Assembly (NCBI GenBank): GCA_038148435.1
Contig: JAYQVM010000002.1
Location: 1-50,768 of the forward strand
Origin: Gammaproteobacteria bacterium
Lineage (GTDB): Bacteria > Pseudomonadota > Gammaproteobacteria > Pseudomonadales > Pseudohongiellaceae
DNA: 50,768 nt
Direction of reading: 5' to 3'
Positions 27,113-35,800 of the stretch are shown here, in pieces. Both the position numbers and the translations under genes were made by a program. Positions within the stretch are counted from its first letter, which is position 1. Each line of letters opens with the position of its first letter. The notes beneath the pieces were generated by a model. It did no database searches. It was given only the letters and a program-made list of their open reading frames with translations, and was not told where the DNA came from.

Positions 27113-27475
27113 ATGCTTATGCACAAACTGTTGTTTTTTTTCTATCTTAGTTCGCGCTTCCTAAGGCCGCTTAAGCCTTGCCTAATTTTTCTTACGCTAT
27201 TTGCTCTACTACTGACAACATACTGCCTAATCGCTTCCTCGGATTTGGCACTTGACTTATTGGAACCCGCGATTGTTGTTTCTCTTTGGGGAATGCTGCT
27301 GCTGGCATCAACCGAGCTGTTTCATAACCAGCCACTTACCTATACTCCTGAGAAGACTTTCTGGCAGCGACTTATAATTCGTGCCAAATTGCTGATAGCT
27401 TACTTCATGGCTTTGCTGACCTTGGTGGTATTTGCTGCTCTGATCTGGCTGAGCCTTCGTCTACTGCTTATTTAG
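27113..27475 (+). CDS. Hypothetical small membrane protein (120 aa, about 3 TM)
   Basis: Three strongly hydrophobic segments. The locus is AT-rich. No family recognised. Confidence 0.4.
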   Translation: MLMHKLLFFFYLSSRFLRPLKPCLIFLTLFALLLTTYCLIASSDLALDLLEPAIVVSLWGMLLLASTELFHNQPLTYTPEKTFWQRLIIRAKLLIAYFMALLTLVVFAALIWLSLRLLLI

Positions 27476-27577
27476 CGGCGATTTCACAGGCTTTTGTGCT
27501 ATTCTTCGCTTTTTTTTCATTCCGAGATTTATGCTTGATTTAACCCACCAATAAGTTAGATATAAGCTGCTTTTTTA

Positions 27578-28132
27578 ATGAATAAACTAACACACATAAT
27601 AAGAGTTCTTGATCGTGCTTCAGAGCTACTTGGCAGGACATTCGTATATATGGCGCCTCTACTAATTCTTATTACCTGTTATGTGGTGATTACCCGCTAT
27701 ATTTTTAACACCGGCTCAATAGCCGTCCAAGAATCCGTGCTTTATGTCAATGCACTACTAGTTTTTTTCACGGCCGGTTTCACACTCAAACATAATGCCC
27801 ATGTAAGAGTCGATATCATTTATGGCCCGGCATCAGTGACATACAAAGCCTGGGTAAACCTGCTTGGCGCCATTTTATTGCTTTTGCCTGTTGCCATTTT
27901 TATATTTCTGAGCTGCTGGGACTATGTCGTGTCATCCTGGGCCATTCGAGAAGACTCCCCTGAAGCCAATGGTCTGCCTTTTGTTTATTTGCTGAAGACT
28001 ACCATTCTGGCGATGTGTGTCATCCTGGTCATTCAGGCGATGACTGAAGTTTTAAGAGGCCTGCATTTCTTCCTCGACCCTGCCAGCGCAGCAGTTGAAA
28101 TGGAGGAAGAGGAGGACCTCGGCACGCTATGA
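27578..28132 (+). CDS. TRAP transporter small permease (DctQ-like, FcbT2/COG4665 type)
   Basis: A 184-aa protein with 4 TM segments directly upstream of the large permease, overlapping it by 4 nt (ATGA). 'VITRYIFNTGSIAVQE' is DctQ-like. Confidence 0.8.
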   Translation: MNKLTHIIRVLDRASELLGRTFVYMAPLLILITCYVVITRYIFNTGSIAVQESVLYVNALLVFFTAGFTLKHNAHVRVDIIYGPASVTYKAWVNLLGAILLLLPVAIFIFLSCWDYVVSSWAIREDSPEANGLPFVYLLKTTILAMCVILVIQAMTEVLRGLHFFLDPASAAVEMEEEEDLGTL

Positions 28133-29514
28133 TGGAAGTTATGCCTTTTCTTCTTTTCATTTGTATCTGCCTAGTGCTTCTTGCGGGCTACCCTGTTGCC
28201 TTTTCCCTGGCTGGCACTTCATTGGCATTTGCCGGCATAGGCATTCTCAGCGGCACTTTTGATGGATCATTTTTAACGGCCGTTCCCAATCGAATCTATG
28301 CCGGCGTCATTACCAATACCACGCTGCTGGCAGTACCCATGTTTGTCTTTATGGGCATCATGCTTGAGAAATCCAGAATTGCCGAAGACCTTTTGGGGGG
28401 AATGTCCCTGCTTTTTGGCCGTATGCGAGGTGGGCTTGGCCTTTCGGTCATAATCGTCGGTATGCTGCTAGCTGCCAGTACGGGGATTGTGGGCGCCACA
28501 GTGGTGACCATGAGCGTCCTATCCCTACCCACCATGTTGAAAGCTGGCTATAAACCTTCACTGGCAACAGGAACCATTTGTGCCACTGGCACCTTGGGCC
28601 AGATCATTCCACCCTCCATCGCTCTAGTGCTACTAGGAGATGTTATGTCCACAGCCTACCAACAGGCCCAGATCGATATGGGAATTTTCTCCACACAAAC
28701 AGTTTCCGTCGGAGATTTGTTTACTGGCGCCATCGTCCCAGGCATGATTCTGGTATTGCTTTATTCCCTCTACATGCTGGGCATTGCTTTTCTCAAGCCC
28801 GATCATGCTCCGCCAGCAAAACAGGAGGATATTGATGCGATTATCAAAAACAGCAGCCTGTCAAAACAGCTCTTAAAAGGACTCCTGCCGCCTCTGTTAT
28901 TGATTATTGCCGTTCTGGGATCCATTCTATTCGGGCTGGCCACTCCAACTGAGGCAGCAGGCGTGGGTGGTTTTGGTGCAATATTACTAGCCCTGGCCAA
29001 GAAACAATTTAGCCTGAACATATTAAAGGAGGTTTCTGTTTCAACGGCAAAGGTTAGCTCGATGGTTTACATGATTCTGATTGGCGCAGGCATTTTCTCA
29101 CTTGTTTTTCGTGGGTTCTCTGGCGATATTCTGGTCGAGGAGCTGTTCCAAAACCTGCCAGGTGGAGCTACCACAGCGGTACTGCTAGTCATGCTGGTTA
29201 TTTTTCTTCTGGGTTTTATTCTGGATTTCATCGAAATTACCTACATGGTGGTGCCCATTGTTGGCCCCATCCTGCTGGCAATGGGCTTTGATCCTGTATG
29301 GCTTGGTATCATGCTGGCAGTAAATTTGCAGACATCCTTCCTTACGCCGCCGTTTGGCTTTGCCCTCTTTTATTTGAGAGGAGCTGCCCCCGAGGAGATT
29401 CTCACCAAAGATATTTATAAGGGCGCGGTGCCATTTATTTTGATACAAGTTTTTATGCTGGTGCTGCTTGCGATCTGGCCAGAGCTTACAACCTGGTTAC
29501 CATCCATTCTTTAA
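28129..29514 (+). CDS. TRAP transporter large permease (DctM-like)
   Basis: A 461-aa polytopic protein. 'LLAVPMFVFMGIMLEKS', 'GTLGQIIPPSI' and 'LTPPFGFALFYL' are DctM hallmarks. Confidence 0.9.
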   Translation: MMEVMPFLLFICICLVLLAGYPVAFSLAGTSLAFAGIGILSGTFDGSFLTAVPNRIYAGVITNTTLLAVPMFVFMGIMLEKSRIAEDLLGGMSLLFGRMRGGLGLSVIIVGMLLAASTGIVGATVVTMSVLSLPTMLKAGYKPSLATGTICATGTLGQIIPPSIALVLLGDVMSTAYQQAQIDMGIFSTQTVSVGDLFTGAIVPGMILVLLYSLYMLGIAFLKPDHAPPAKQEDIDAIIKNSSLSKQLLKGLLPPLLLIIAVLGSILFGLATPTEAAGVGGFGAILLALAKKQFSLNILKEVSVSTAKVSSMVYMILIGAGIFSLVFRGFSGDILVEELFQNLPGGATTAVLLVMLVIFLLGFILDFIEITYMVVPIVGPILLAMGFDPVWLGIMLAVNLQTSFLTPPFGFALFYLRGAAPEEILTKDIYKGAVPFILIQVFMLVLLAIWPELTTWLPSIL

Positions 29515-29523
29515 GGTTTCATT

Positions 29524-29946
29524 ATGAGTATAGATAACGAAAACTTGGACCTGGACCCGAATCCTAATCCGGAGGGAGAACTTGCTATCCAAACGATTGC
29601 CTTGCCCTCAGACACAAATCAGGATGGGGACATTCATGGTGGCTGGCTCGCCAGCCAGATGGACATGGCGGCTCACCTGGCCTGTTCGAAGGTCGCGAAA
29701 GGAAAAGTGGCAACCGTCGCTATTGAAGACATTTCATTTCTTTCGCCGATCTGTATTGGTTCTGTAGTCAGTTGCTATACTAAGATCATCGGTGTTGGAC
29801 GCAGTTCGATCCGGGTTTTCGTTGAAGCTTGGGTGAGCCATGTCGTCAAGGGAGAGGAATGGACCAAGGTAGCAGAAGGCACTTTTATATTTGTTGCTAT
29901 TGACGATAACGGACGCACCAGAGCCATCCCTAAGAAAACCCGCTAG
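29524..29946 (+). CDS. yciA: Acyl-CoA thioesterase, YciA-type hotdog fold
   Basis: 'GELAIQTIALPSDTNQDGDIHGGWLASQMDMAA...KVATVAIEDISFLSPICIGSVVSCY' parallels E. coli YciA 'GDLVLRTLAMPADTNANGDIFGGWLMSQMDIGG...RVVTVRVEGMTFLRPVAVGDVVCCY'. Confidence 0.85.
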   Translation: MSIDNENLDLDPNPNPEGELAIQTIALPSDTNQDGDIHGGWLASQMDMAAHLACSKVAKGKVATVAIEDISFLSPICIGSVVSCYTKIIGVGRSSIRVFVEAWVSHVVKGEEWTKVAEGTFIFVAIDDNGRTRAIPKKTR

Positions 29947-29947
29947 T

Positions 29948-29963
29948 AAGCCATGGCTTTTTT
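29948..29963. terminator. Short palindrome plus T-run between convergent yciA and the TRAP SBP gene (weak terminator candidate)
   Basis: 'AAGCCATGGCTTTTTT' gives a 4-5 bp stem followed by T6. It is a very short hairpin, so confidence is low. Confidence 0.3.
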
Positions 29964-31083
29964 ATTGTCGCTGCTGGGCCCTGATTCTATTATAGGCCTC
30001 GATGGAAATATCCTGATAAACAGAAACCCTCGATTCAAAATCACGATAAGAAGCGAGAATGCGCCGCCCTATGTCGCTACTTTGTCCCATTTCATCAATG
30101 ATGTCCTGAGAAACCCGATAAAGTTCTGCTGTTAAATCATCGGGAAATTGGCGCAGCGTCACATTATGCTCTTCAACCAGGGTCTCAAGCGCTGTGGTAT
30201 TTGTTGCAATCGACTCAATACTCATGCGGGAGCTGGAGGCTTCTACCGCTGTACGAATTATTATCTGCAAATCTACCGGTAAGGCCTCAAAAATTTCCTT
30301 GTTGAAAACAAATTCCAGTATGGTGCCAGGCTCATGCCAGCCAGGATAATAGTAGTAATCAGCAATATCATAAAACCCCAGTGCGAGGTCGTTCAAAGGG
30401 GCAACAAACTCTGTTGCATCAATCACTCCGGTCTGCAGGGAAGTATAAATTTCACTCGCTGCAAGATTGACCGGAACGCCACCTACACGCTGCAGGACCT
30501 CGCCTCCCAGTCCAGGGATACGCATTTTCAGTCCCCTGAAATCTTCTAGGCTATTTATTTCCTTATTGAACCATCCACCCATTTGAACGCCAGTATTCCC
30601 TCCCTGCATCGGGATAAGATTGAAAGGCTCATATAATTCTTCCCAGAGATCCATCCCTCCACCGTAGGTGATCCAGCTCTCCATTTCTTCACCATTCAGC
30701 CCGAAAGGCAGCGCTGAAAAAAACTGGGATTCTGGTGCTTTGCCTTTCCAGTAATACGCAGTGCCATGTCCTACTTCAGCAGTTCCTGCACTGACCGCAT
30801 CAAACACTTCCAGTGCTGGTACCAGTTCCCCCGCCCCATAAACCCGGATTCTCATGCGTCCTTCGGAGAGCTCCTCGACCATGTCTGCAAAAGTCTCAGA
30901 AACCATGCCGATGCCCGGAAAGTTTTTCGGCCATGTGGTTACCAGTTTCCATTCATAGGTCTGTTGTGACTCGACAGAATTTTGGGGTGTGCCGCCCGAG
31001 GCTATATCATCTCCGCCACAAGCCACTATTGCCATGGACATAAGGCAAAGCATCAGCGGGTTTTTCATGGTTTTTGTTATCAT
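29962..31083 (-). CDS. TRAP transporter substrate-binding protein (DctP family, FcbT1/COG4663 type), lipoprotein signal
   Basis: The lipobox is 'SMAIVAC|GG'. 'YEWKLVTTWPKNFPGIG...RIRVYGAGELVPALEVFDAVSAGTAEVGH..AYYWKGK' is typical of this DctP subfamily. Confidence 0.85.
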   Translation of the reverse strand: MITKTMKNPLMLCLMSMAIVACGGDDIASGGTPQNSVESQQTYEWKLVTTWPKNFPGIGMVSETFADMVEELSEGRMRIRVYGAGELVPALEVFDAVSAGTAEVGHGTAYYWKGKAPESQFFSALPFGLNGEEMESWITYGGGMDLWEELYEPFNLIPMQGGNTGVQMGGWFNKEINSLEDFRGLKMRIPGLGGEVLQRVGGVPVNLAASEIYTSLQTGVIDATEFVAPLNDLALGFYDIADYYYYPGWHEPGTILEFVFNKEIFEALPVDLQIIIRTAVEASSSRMSIESIATNTTALETLVEEHNVTLRQFPDDLTAELYRVSQDIIDEMGQSSDIGRRILASYRDFESRVSVYQDISIEAYNRIRAQQRQ

Positions 31084-31119
31084 GTTTATCTCACTCCAAA
31101 CGGCCTTTTTAATAGCATG

Positions 31120-33339
31120 CTAGATTGCTTCAAGCCTAGCATATGACATCACAAGCCACTTGCCACCAACATTATCAAAATTTATATGTACCCTGGCATT
31201 TTTTCCTTTGCCTTCGGAATTTAATACAACCCCTTCACCAAACTTCGGGTGCTTGACGCGCTGTCCCAGGCTAAGGAAGGCACTATCTGACTGGACCTCT
31301 AAACCCGCGATAGTAACATGCTCGTCATGATTTTGCGCTCTTTTGCCATAGTCCTGAAAATAAGTGCTGCGGCTTATTCTGCCCTGTAAACGTACTTCTT
31401 CGAGTAGCTCTTGTGGCAGCTCTCTAAGAAAACGAGAGGCTCGGGTGAGAGTTTCTTCCCCGTGCAGACGCCTAGATTCTGCATGGCTTAAATACAGCTT
31501 TTGCATGGCTCGTGTAATACCGACGTAACATAGCCGACGTTCTTCTTCCAGGCCCGACTGTGAGTCCATCGACATCTGATGCGGGAACAAACCTTCTTCC
31601 AGGCCAGCTATAAATACCAAGGGAAACTCTAGCCCCTTGGCCGAATGCAGGGTCATCAACTGTACAGCATCCTCGCCGGCGCCAGCTTGCGTATCGCCTG
31701 CATCCAGTGCTGCCTTATCAATAAAGCCAGCCAGCACTTCCCTGATGGAGCCTTCGTTCGCATCGCCCAGTTCTTCCAGCGTGAATGCCTTGGCCGCATT
31801 GACCAGCTCATCCAGGTTTTCCTGGCGAATTTTGGCTTTTTCACCGCCTTCCTTTTCGTAATGCTTGGGCAAGCCGCTACGTAGAATCGTCTGCTCACAT
31901 AGTTCATCAAGATCCTTACCTTGGGCGAAGTCATCCAGCTCATTAATGAGATTCATAAACCCATCAAGGCTGATTCGAGCGCGTGACGGCAAGAGGCTTT
32001 CTCTGAGCGCTTTCACGGCAGCTTGCCACAAAGAGAGGTTTTCATGTCGAGCGATACTTCGCAGACTATCCAGCGTCTTATTTCCGATGCCACGAACAGG
32101 CGTATTGATAACGCGTTCCAAGGCAGCATCATCATCCCGACTGGAAACCAGTCTGAGATAGGCCATAGCATTTCGAATTTCCTGTCGCTCATAGAAACGA
32201 AAGCCGCCATAAATACGATAGGGTATGCCTAGCCGCAACAAGGCTTCTTCTAGTTCGCGAGATTGGGCATTTGAGCGGTATAAAATAGCCGCCTCACTGG
32301 CCTTGTTACCCCTTTCTGACCACTGCTCAAGCTGACCACAAATGAAACGTGCCTCGTCCTGTTCGTTATAGGCTGAATAAACTGAAATCGTCTCGCCATC
32401 CTTGTCTTCAGTCCACAGCTCTTTGCCCAGCCGACCCTGATTATTAGCAATCAATGTATTGGCGGCCTTTAGTATGTTGCCTGTGGAGCGGTAATTCTGT
32501 TCAAGCCTTACAATATCTGCCCCATTGAAATCCTGGGAAAAATGCTGGATATTTTCAATTCGGGCTCCACGCCACCCATAAATAGACTGATCATCATCAC
32601 CGACAGCTGTCACATCAGCGCGTGAAGCAGCCAGTACTCTCAGCCAAGCATATTGAATAGCATTGGTGTCCTGAAATTCATCAACCAGAATATGTTTAAA
32701 GCGCGCCTGATAATGAGCCAACAGTTTGGGGTTTTTTAACCACAATTCATGTGAACGCAGTAGCAGCTCGCCAAAATCCACCATGCCACCCCGTTCACAG
32801 GCCTCTTCGTAGGCACTATAGACTTTCAGCATATTACTGATAAATTCATCGCCATAACTTTCTATGCTATTCGCACGCAGGCCTTCATCTTTCTGTTCAT
32901 TAATAAACCACTGACACTGCCTAGCTGGATATCGACTTTCATCAATGTCCAACAGCTTGTGAACTCGCTTGATCAGGCGTAGCTGATCATCTGCATCAAG
33001 AATCTGGAACTTTTCCGGCAAGCCGGCTTCTTCCCAGTGGGCGCGCAAGAGGCGATGGGCTAGTCCATGAAAAGTGCCAACCCACATACCGCCGACAGAG
33101 CCCTTTAGAAGCTCTTCTATTCGCACCCGCATCTCATTGGCTGCCTTGTTGGTAAAGGTAACCGCCAGCAAGCTGTGGGGAGAGATCCCTTCTGTGGCTA
33201 TCAACCAGGCGATGCGATGAACCAGTACGCGGGTTTTGCCACTGCCGGCACCGGCCAGCACCAGCAGGTTGCCGACATCTGCGGTAACTGCCTGGCGTTG
33301 TGCATCATTTAGAGGCTCAAGTATATGTGTAATATCCAT
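31120..33339 (-). CDS. uvrD: DNA helicase II (UvrD)
   Basis: I chose the start at 'MDITHILEPLNDAQRQAV'. It has Walker A 'AGAGSGKT' and 'VDEFQDTN'. The C-terminal 'HPKFGEGVVLNSEGKGKNARVHINFDNVGGKWLVMSYARLEAI' parallels the E. coli UvrD C-terminus. The 34-aa upstream extension in the track is probably not translated. Confidence 0.9.
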   Translation of the reverse strand: MDITHILEPLNDAQRQAVTADVGNLLVLAGAGSGKTRVLVHRIAWLIATEGISPHSLLAVTFTNKAANEMRVRIEELLKGSVGGMWVGTFHGLAHRLLRAHWEEAGLPEKFQILDADDQLRLIKRVHKLLDIDESRYPARQCQWFINEQKDEGLRANSIESYGDEFISNMLKVYSAYEEACERGGMVDFGELLLRSHELWLKNPKLLAHYQARFKHILVDEFQDTNAIQYAWLRVLAASRADVTAVGDDDQSIYGWRGARIENIQHFSQDFNGADIVRLEQNYRSTGNILKAANTLIANNQGRLGKELWTEDKDGETISVYSAYNEQDEARFICGQLEQWSERGNKASEAAILYRSNAQSRELEEALLRLGIPYRIYGGFRFYERQEIRNAMAYLRLVSSRDDDAALERVINTPVRGIGNKTLDSLRSIARHENLSLWQAAVKALRESLLPSRARISLDGFMNLINELDDFAQGKDLDELCEQTILRSGLPKHYEKEGGEKAKIRQENLDELVNAAKAFTLEELGDANEGSIREVLAGFIDKAALDAGDTQAGAGEDAVQLMTLHSAKGLEFPLVFIAGLEEGLFPHQMSMDSQSGLEEERRLCYVGITRAMQKLYLSHAESRRLHGEETLTRASRFLRELPQELLEEVRLQGRISRSTYFQDYGKRAQNHDEHVTIAGLEVQSDSAFLSLGQRVKHPKFGEGVVLNSEGKGKNARVHINFDNVGGKWLVMSYARLEAI

Positions 33340-33601
33340 CACGCATATTTTAACAAAATCTGTCGTTTTAAAATATTTCCAATAGTCATCCTGTTCTCGT
33401 ATGCAATTGTAAAAAAACTTGCTACTATCAATCGATACCAAAACGGTTAAGCAAATTTTTGCTGCCTGAATTGGTCAGAAGATTCTGATAGTCATGAGGT
33501 AATTGTGACTCTCTGAGACTTCGATATAGGTTAACGCTTTCAGGCGTTAGCAACAGGAAATATACCAAGCAATTGGTAATGCTAAGAGAGAAAAAAGAAA
33601 T

Positions 33602-33820
33602 ATGTCTGAGCAAGTTGAAGGTACCGTTAAGTGGTTCAATGACGAAAAAGGCTTTGGTTTTATTGAACAAGCTGGTGGCAAAGATGTCTTTGTTCACTAC
33701 AGCGCGATTACCGGTGAAGGTAGACGTACCTTATATGAAGGACAAAAGGTCACGATGAATGTGACTCAGGGCCAGAAAGGTCCTCAAGCAGAAAACGTAC
33801 AGCCGGCTGCTGCTGACTAA
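33602..33820 (+). CDS. Cold-shock protein (CspA family)
   Basis: '[30 protein letters not shown]' contains the RNP1 and RNP2 motifs. 72 aa. Confidence 0.93.
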   Translation: MSEQVEGTVKWFNDEKGFGFIEQAGGKDVFVHYSAITGEGRRTLYEGQKVTMNVTQGQKGPQAENVQPAAAD

Positions 33821-33879
33821 ACCGCTTCACGCTTGTAGTTCCTGCCCGTAAGGGCGTGTAATGATATTAATATTGCTTA

Positions 33880-33917
33880 CTCCTTTTAAAAAAGGAGCTG
33901 AGGCCTTGTTTTTTATT
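33880..33917 (+). terminator. Candidate intrinsic terminator after the csp gene
   Basis: The hairpin 'CTCCTTTTaaAAAAGGAG' (33880-33897) is followed, after 10 nt, by 'GTTTTTTATT'. The spacing is not ideal. Confidence 0.35.
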
Positions 33918-34020
33918 GACTGAAAAATATTAATCCTGCTCAGAAGCATTCCTACTTTTATTGCCTAAGCTTCTAATCTGTATTACTTTTTGGATCTGAA
34001 CCCGAAAGCTGCGCTAGACC

Positions 34021-34884
34021 ATGGAAAAAGGCAACCTAATTAGAAAATTAACGCTTAACCTTGATAAGCTTCGCAGATCGGAGCGTAAAGTCGCTGAATT
34101 TGTTTTATCTGATCCGGGTCAGGTCATAAGCATGCGCATTATTGATCTGGCGAATCATGCCAACGTTAGTGAGCCCACCGTAATTCGTTTTTGCCGGGCA
34201 ATGGGCTTCGATGGCTTTCAAACCTTCAAGCTGCAATTGGCCCAGCATATTGGCAGCAGCGGGAGCTTCTCACAGTTCCGTGTCAGCTCCAAAGACTCAA
34301 TTGCTGATGTTAATAAAAAAGTCTTTGATACCACCATTGGCTCACTTATCGGCGTACGTGATGAAATCGATACCCGCGCACTAGAAAAAGCTATCAAGGC
34401 TTTACTTTCAGCCGGGCGTGTGGAGTTTTATGGCTTTGGCGCCTCTGGCTCCGTAGCTATTGATGCCCAGCATAAATTTTTTCGCCTACAGGTTTCCGCA
34501 GCTGCTTATACTGACCCACATATCCAGCACATGTCGGCCATTTCCCTGAATGACTCGGATGTAGTAGTTGCTATTTCACAAACTGGCCGCACAAAGGCGC
34601 TTATTCAAAGCGTCAAACTGGCGCGTGAAGCGGGTGCAACTGTTATAGGGCTGGTGCCGGAAAATACGCCGCTTGATGAGCTTTGTGACTTTCCCATCCA
34701 TATTAATATGGAAGAAAACCACCTGGAGTTCGCTCCGGTTTCATCTCGCATAGCCCACCTAGTAGTTATTGATGTGCTTGCGATGGGAGTTGCGCAACAT
34801 CGCAATACCGAACTCAAAGAACACCTCAAATTGCTCAGCAAAAGCCTACGTTCCTTGCGAACCGGAAAAAACAAAAAAAATTGA
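34021..34884 (+). CDS. MurR/RpiR-family transcriptional regulator (HexR-like): HTH plus SIS domain
   Basis: 'LRRSERKVAEFVLSDPGQVISMRIIDLANHANVSEPTVIRFCRAMGFDGFQTFKLQLAQ' is very like the HexR/RpiR N-terminus. A SIS domain 'FYGFGASGSVA...VVVAISQTGRTK' follows. Confidence 0.85.
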   Translation: MEKGNLIRKLTLNLDKLRRSERKVAEFVLSDPGQVISMRIIDLANHANVSEPTVIRFCRAMGFDGFQTFKLQLAQHIGSSGSFSQFRVSSKDSIADVNKKVFDTTIGSLIGVRDEIDTRALEKAIKALLSAGRVEFYGFGASGSVAIDAQHKFFRLQVSAAAYTDPHIQHMSAISLNDSDVVVAISQTGRTKALIQSVKLAREAGATVIGLVPENTPLDELCDFPIHINMEENHLEFAPVSSRIAHLVVIDVLAMGVAQHRNTELKEHLKLLSKSLRSLRTGKNKKN

Positions 34885-34885
34885 T

Positions 34886-35800
34886 TCAGTTCAATCCCAG
34901 CAAATAACGATTAAAAAACGAAAGTACTCGGCTTTCAAATTCAAGGCTACTTTGAGTATCAAAGCTGGCATGCTCCACGCCTTTAGCCAGCCAGATTTCT
35001 TTGGGCTGTCTTGCTGCAGCGAAGAGTAAATCGCCACTTTCTTCTGAGATCACAATGTCGGTAGTACTATGCAGAATTAGCACGGGGCGAGGGCTAAGCT
35101 GACTAACCCAAGTCGTTGCATCAATGTCCTCAATGCTGCCTTTAATTTCTCGCTCAGCCCAAAAGCGAATCAGTTGTGCAAAAGGAAAGGCCGGCAAGCC
35201 GGTGAAATAACGAATACTAGTGTCAATCGTATCCCGCATAGATGAAAAAGCGCTATGAAGAACCAAAGCACGAACCTCCTCATTCATGGCGGCATATTGA
35301 GCAGCCATCGTTCCCCCAAGAGAAATGCCTAGAAACCCGAAGCGCTATGGGTCAATATCATCCTGCTGGCCAAGAAAGTTAAACCAAGCATCCAGATCCG
35401 ACATTTCATGGAGCCCGAAGCCAATTAGCTCACCACTGTTTTGGTCATGCGCTCTGACTGAGCTCAACAAAACTCCATATCCTTGGCGAGACAGCATCTC
35501 AGCTTCTTCCAATAATTCGCTACGATTAGATTTATAGCCATGCTGTAAAACCACGGCGGCTCCATTTCGTGATGGGATATACCAGCCGTAAAGACGAATA
35601 CCGTCAGTTGACTGTACAAAGACATCTGCATAATCAAGGTCAAAATCAGCTGGGGTTTTTGCCAGTTCAGACCTAGCCTCTGCCGGATGATAAACTAGCT
35701 CCAGAGCCTGGTTTCTCGAAACTAGTAACAGGGTAAAGAACAGTAGCAGCATTAACCCGCCAACTACCGTCAATGGCCTTAGTAAAAAATTTTTTCTCAT
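34886..35800 (-). pseudogene. Membrane-anchored alpha/beta hydrolase interrupted by a single in-frame TAG (two track ORFs, 35345-35800 and 34886-35308, in the same frame)
   Basis: The minus strand reads '...QQDDIDP-TAG-RFGFLGISLGGT-MAAQYAAM...'. The TAG is at 35345-35347. The 12 codons between the track ORFs encode the GxSxG nucleophile elbow. The oxyanion 'HG' ('VVLQHGYKS'), the Asp ('HSTTDIV') and the His ('GVEHASF') are all intact. The ATG overlaps the glmS stop (TAATG). Confidence 0.7.

Noticed and set aside
33340-33441. N-terminal extensions of uvrD (also of glmS at 37636-37704, gmk at 15470-15511 and yaaA at 26485-26523)
   Set aside because: The canonical N-termini (MDITHIL.., MCGIVG.., MQNGSLFLISAPSGAGKT.., MLIVISPAKT..) begin at internal Met codons. 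The extensions overlap neighbours or add non-conserved sequence.
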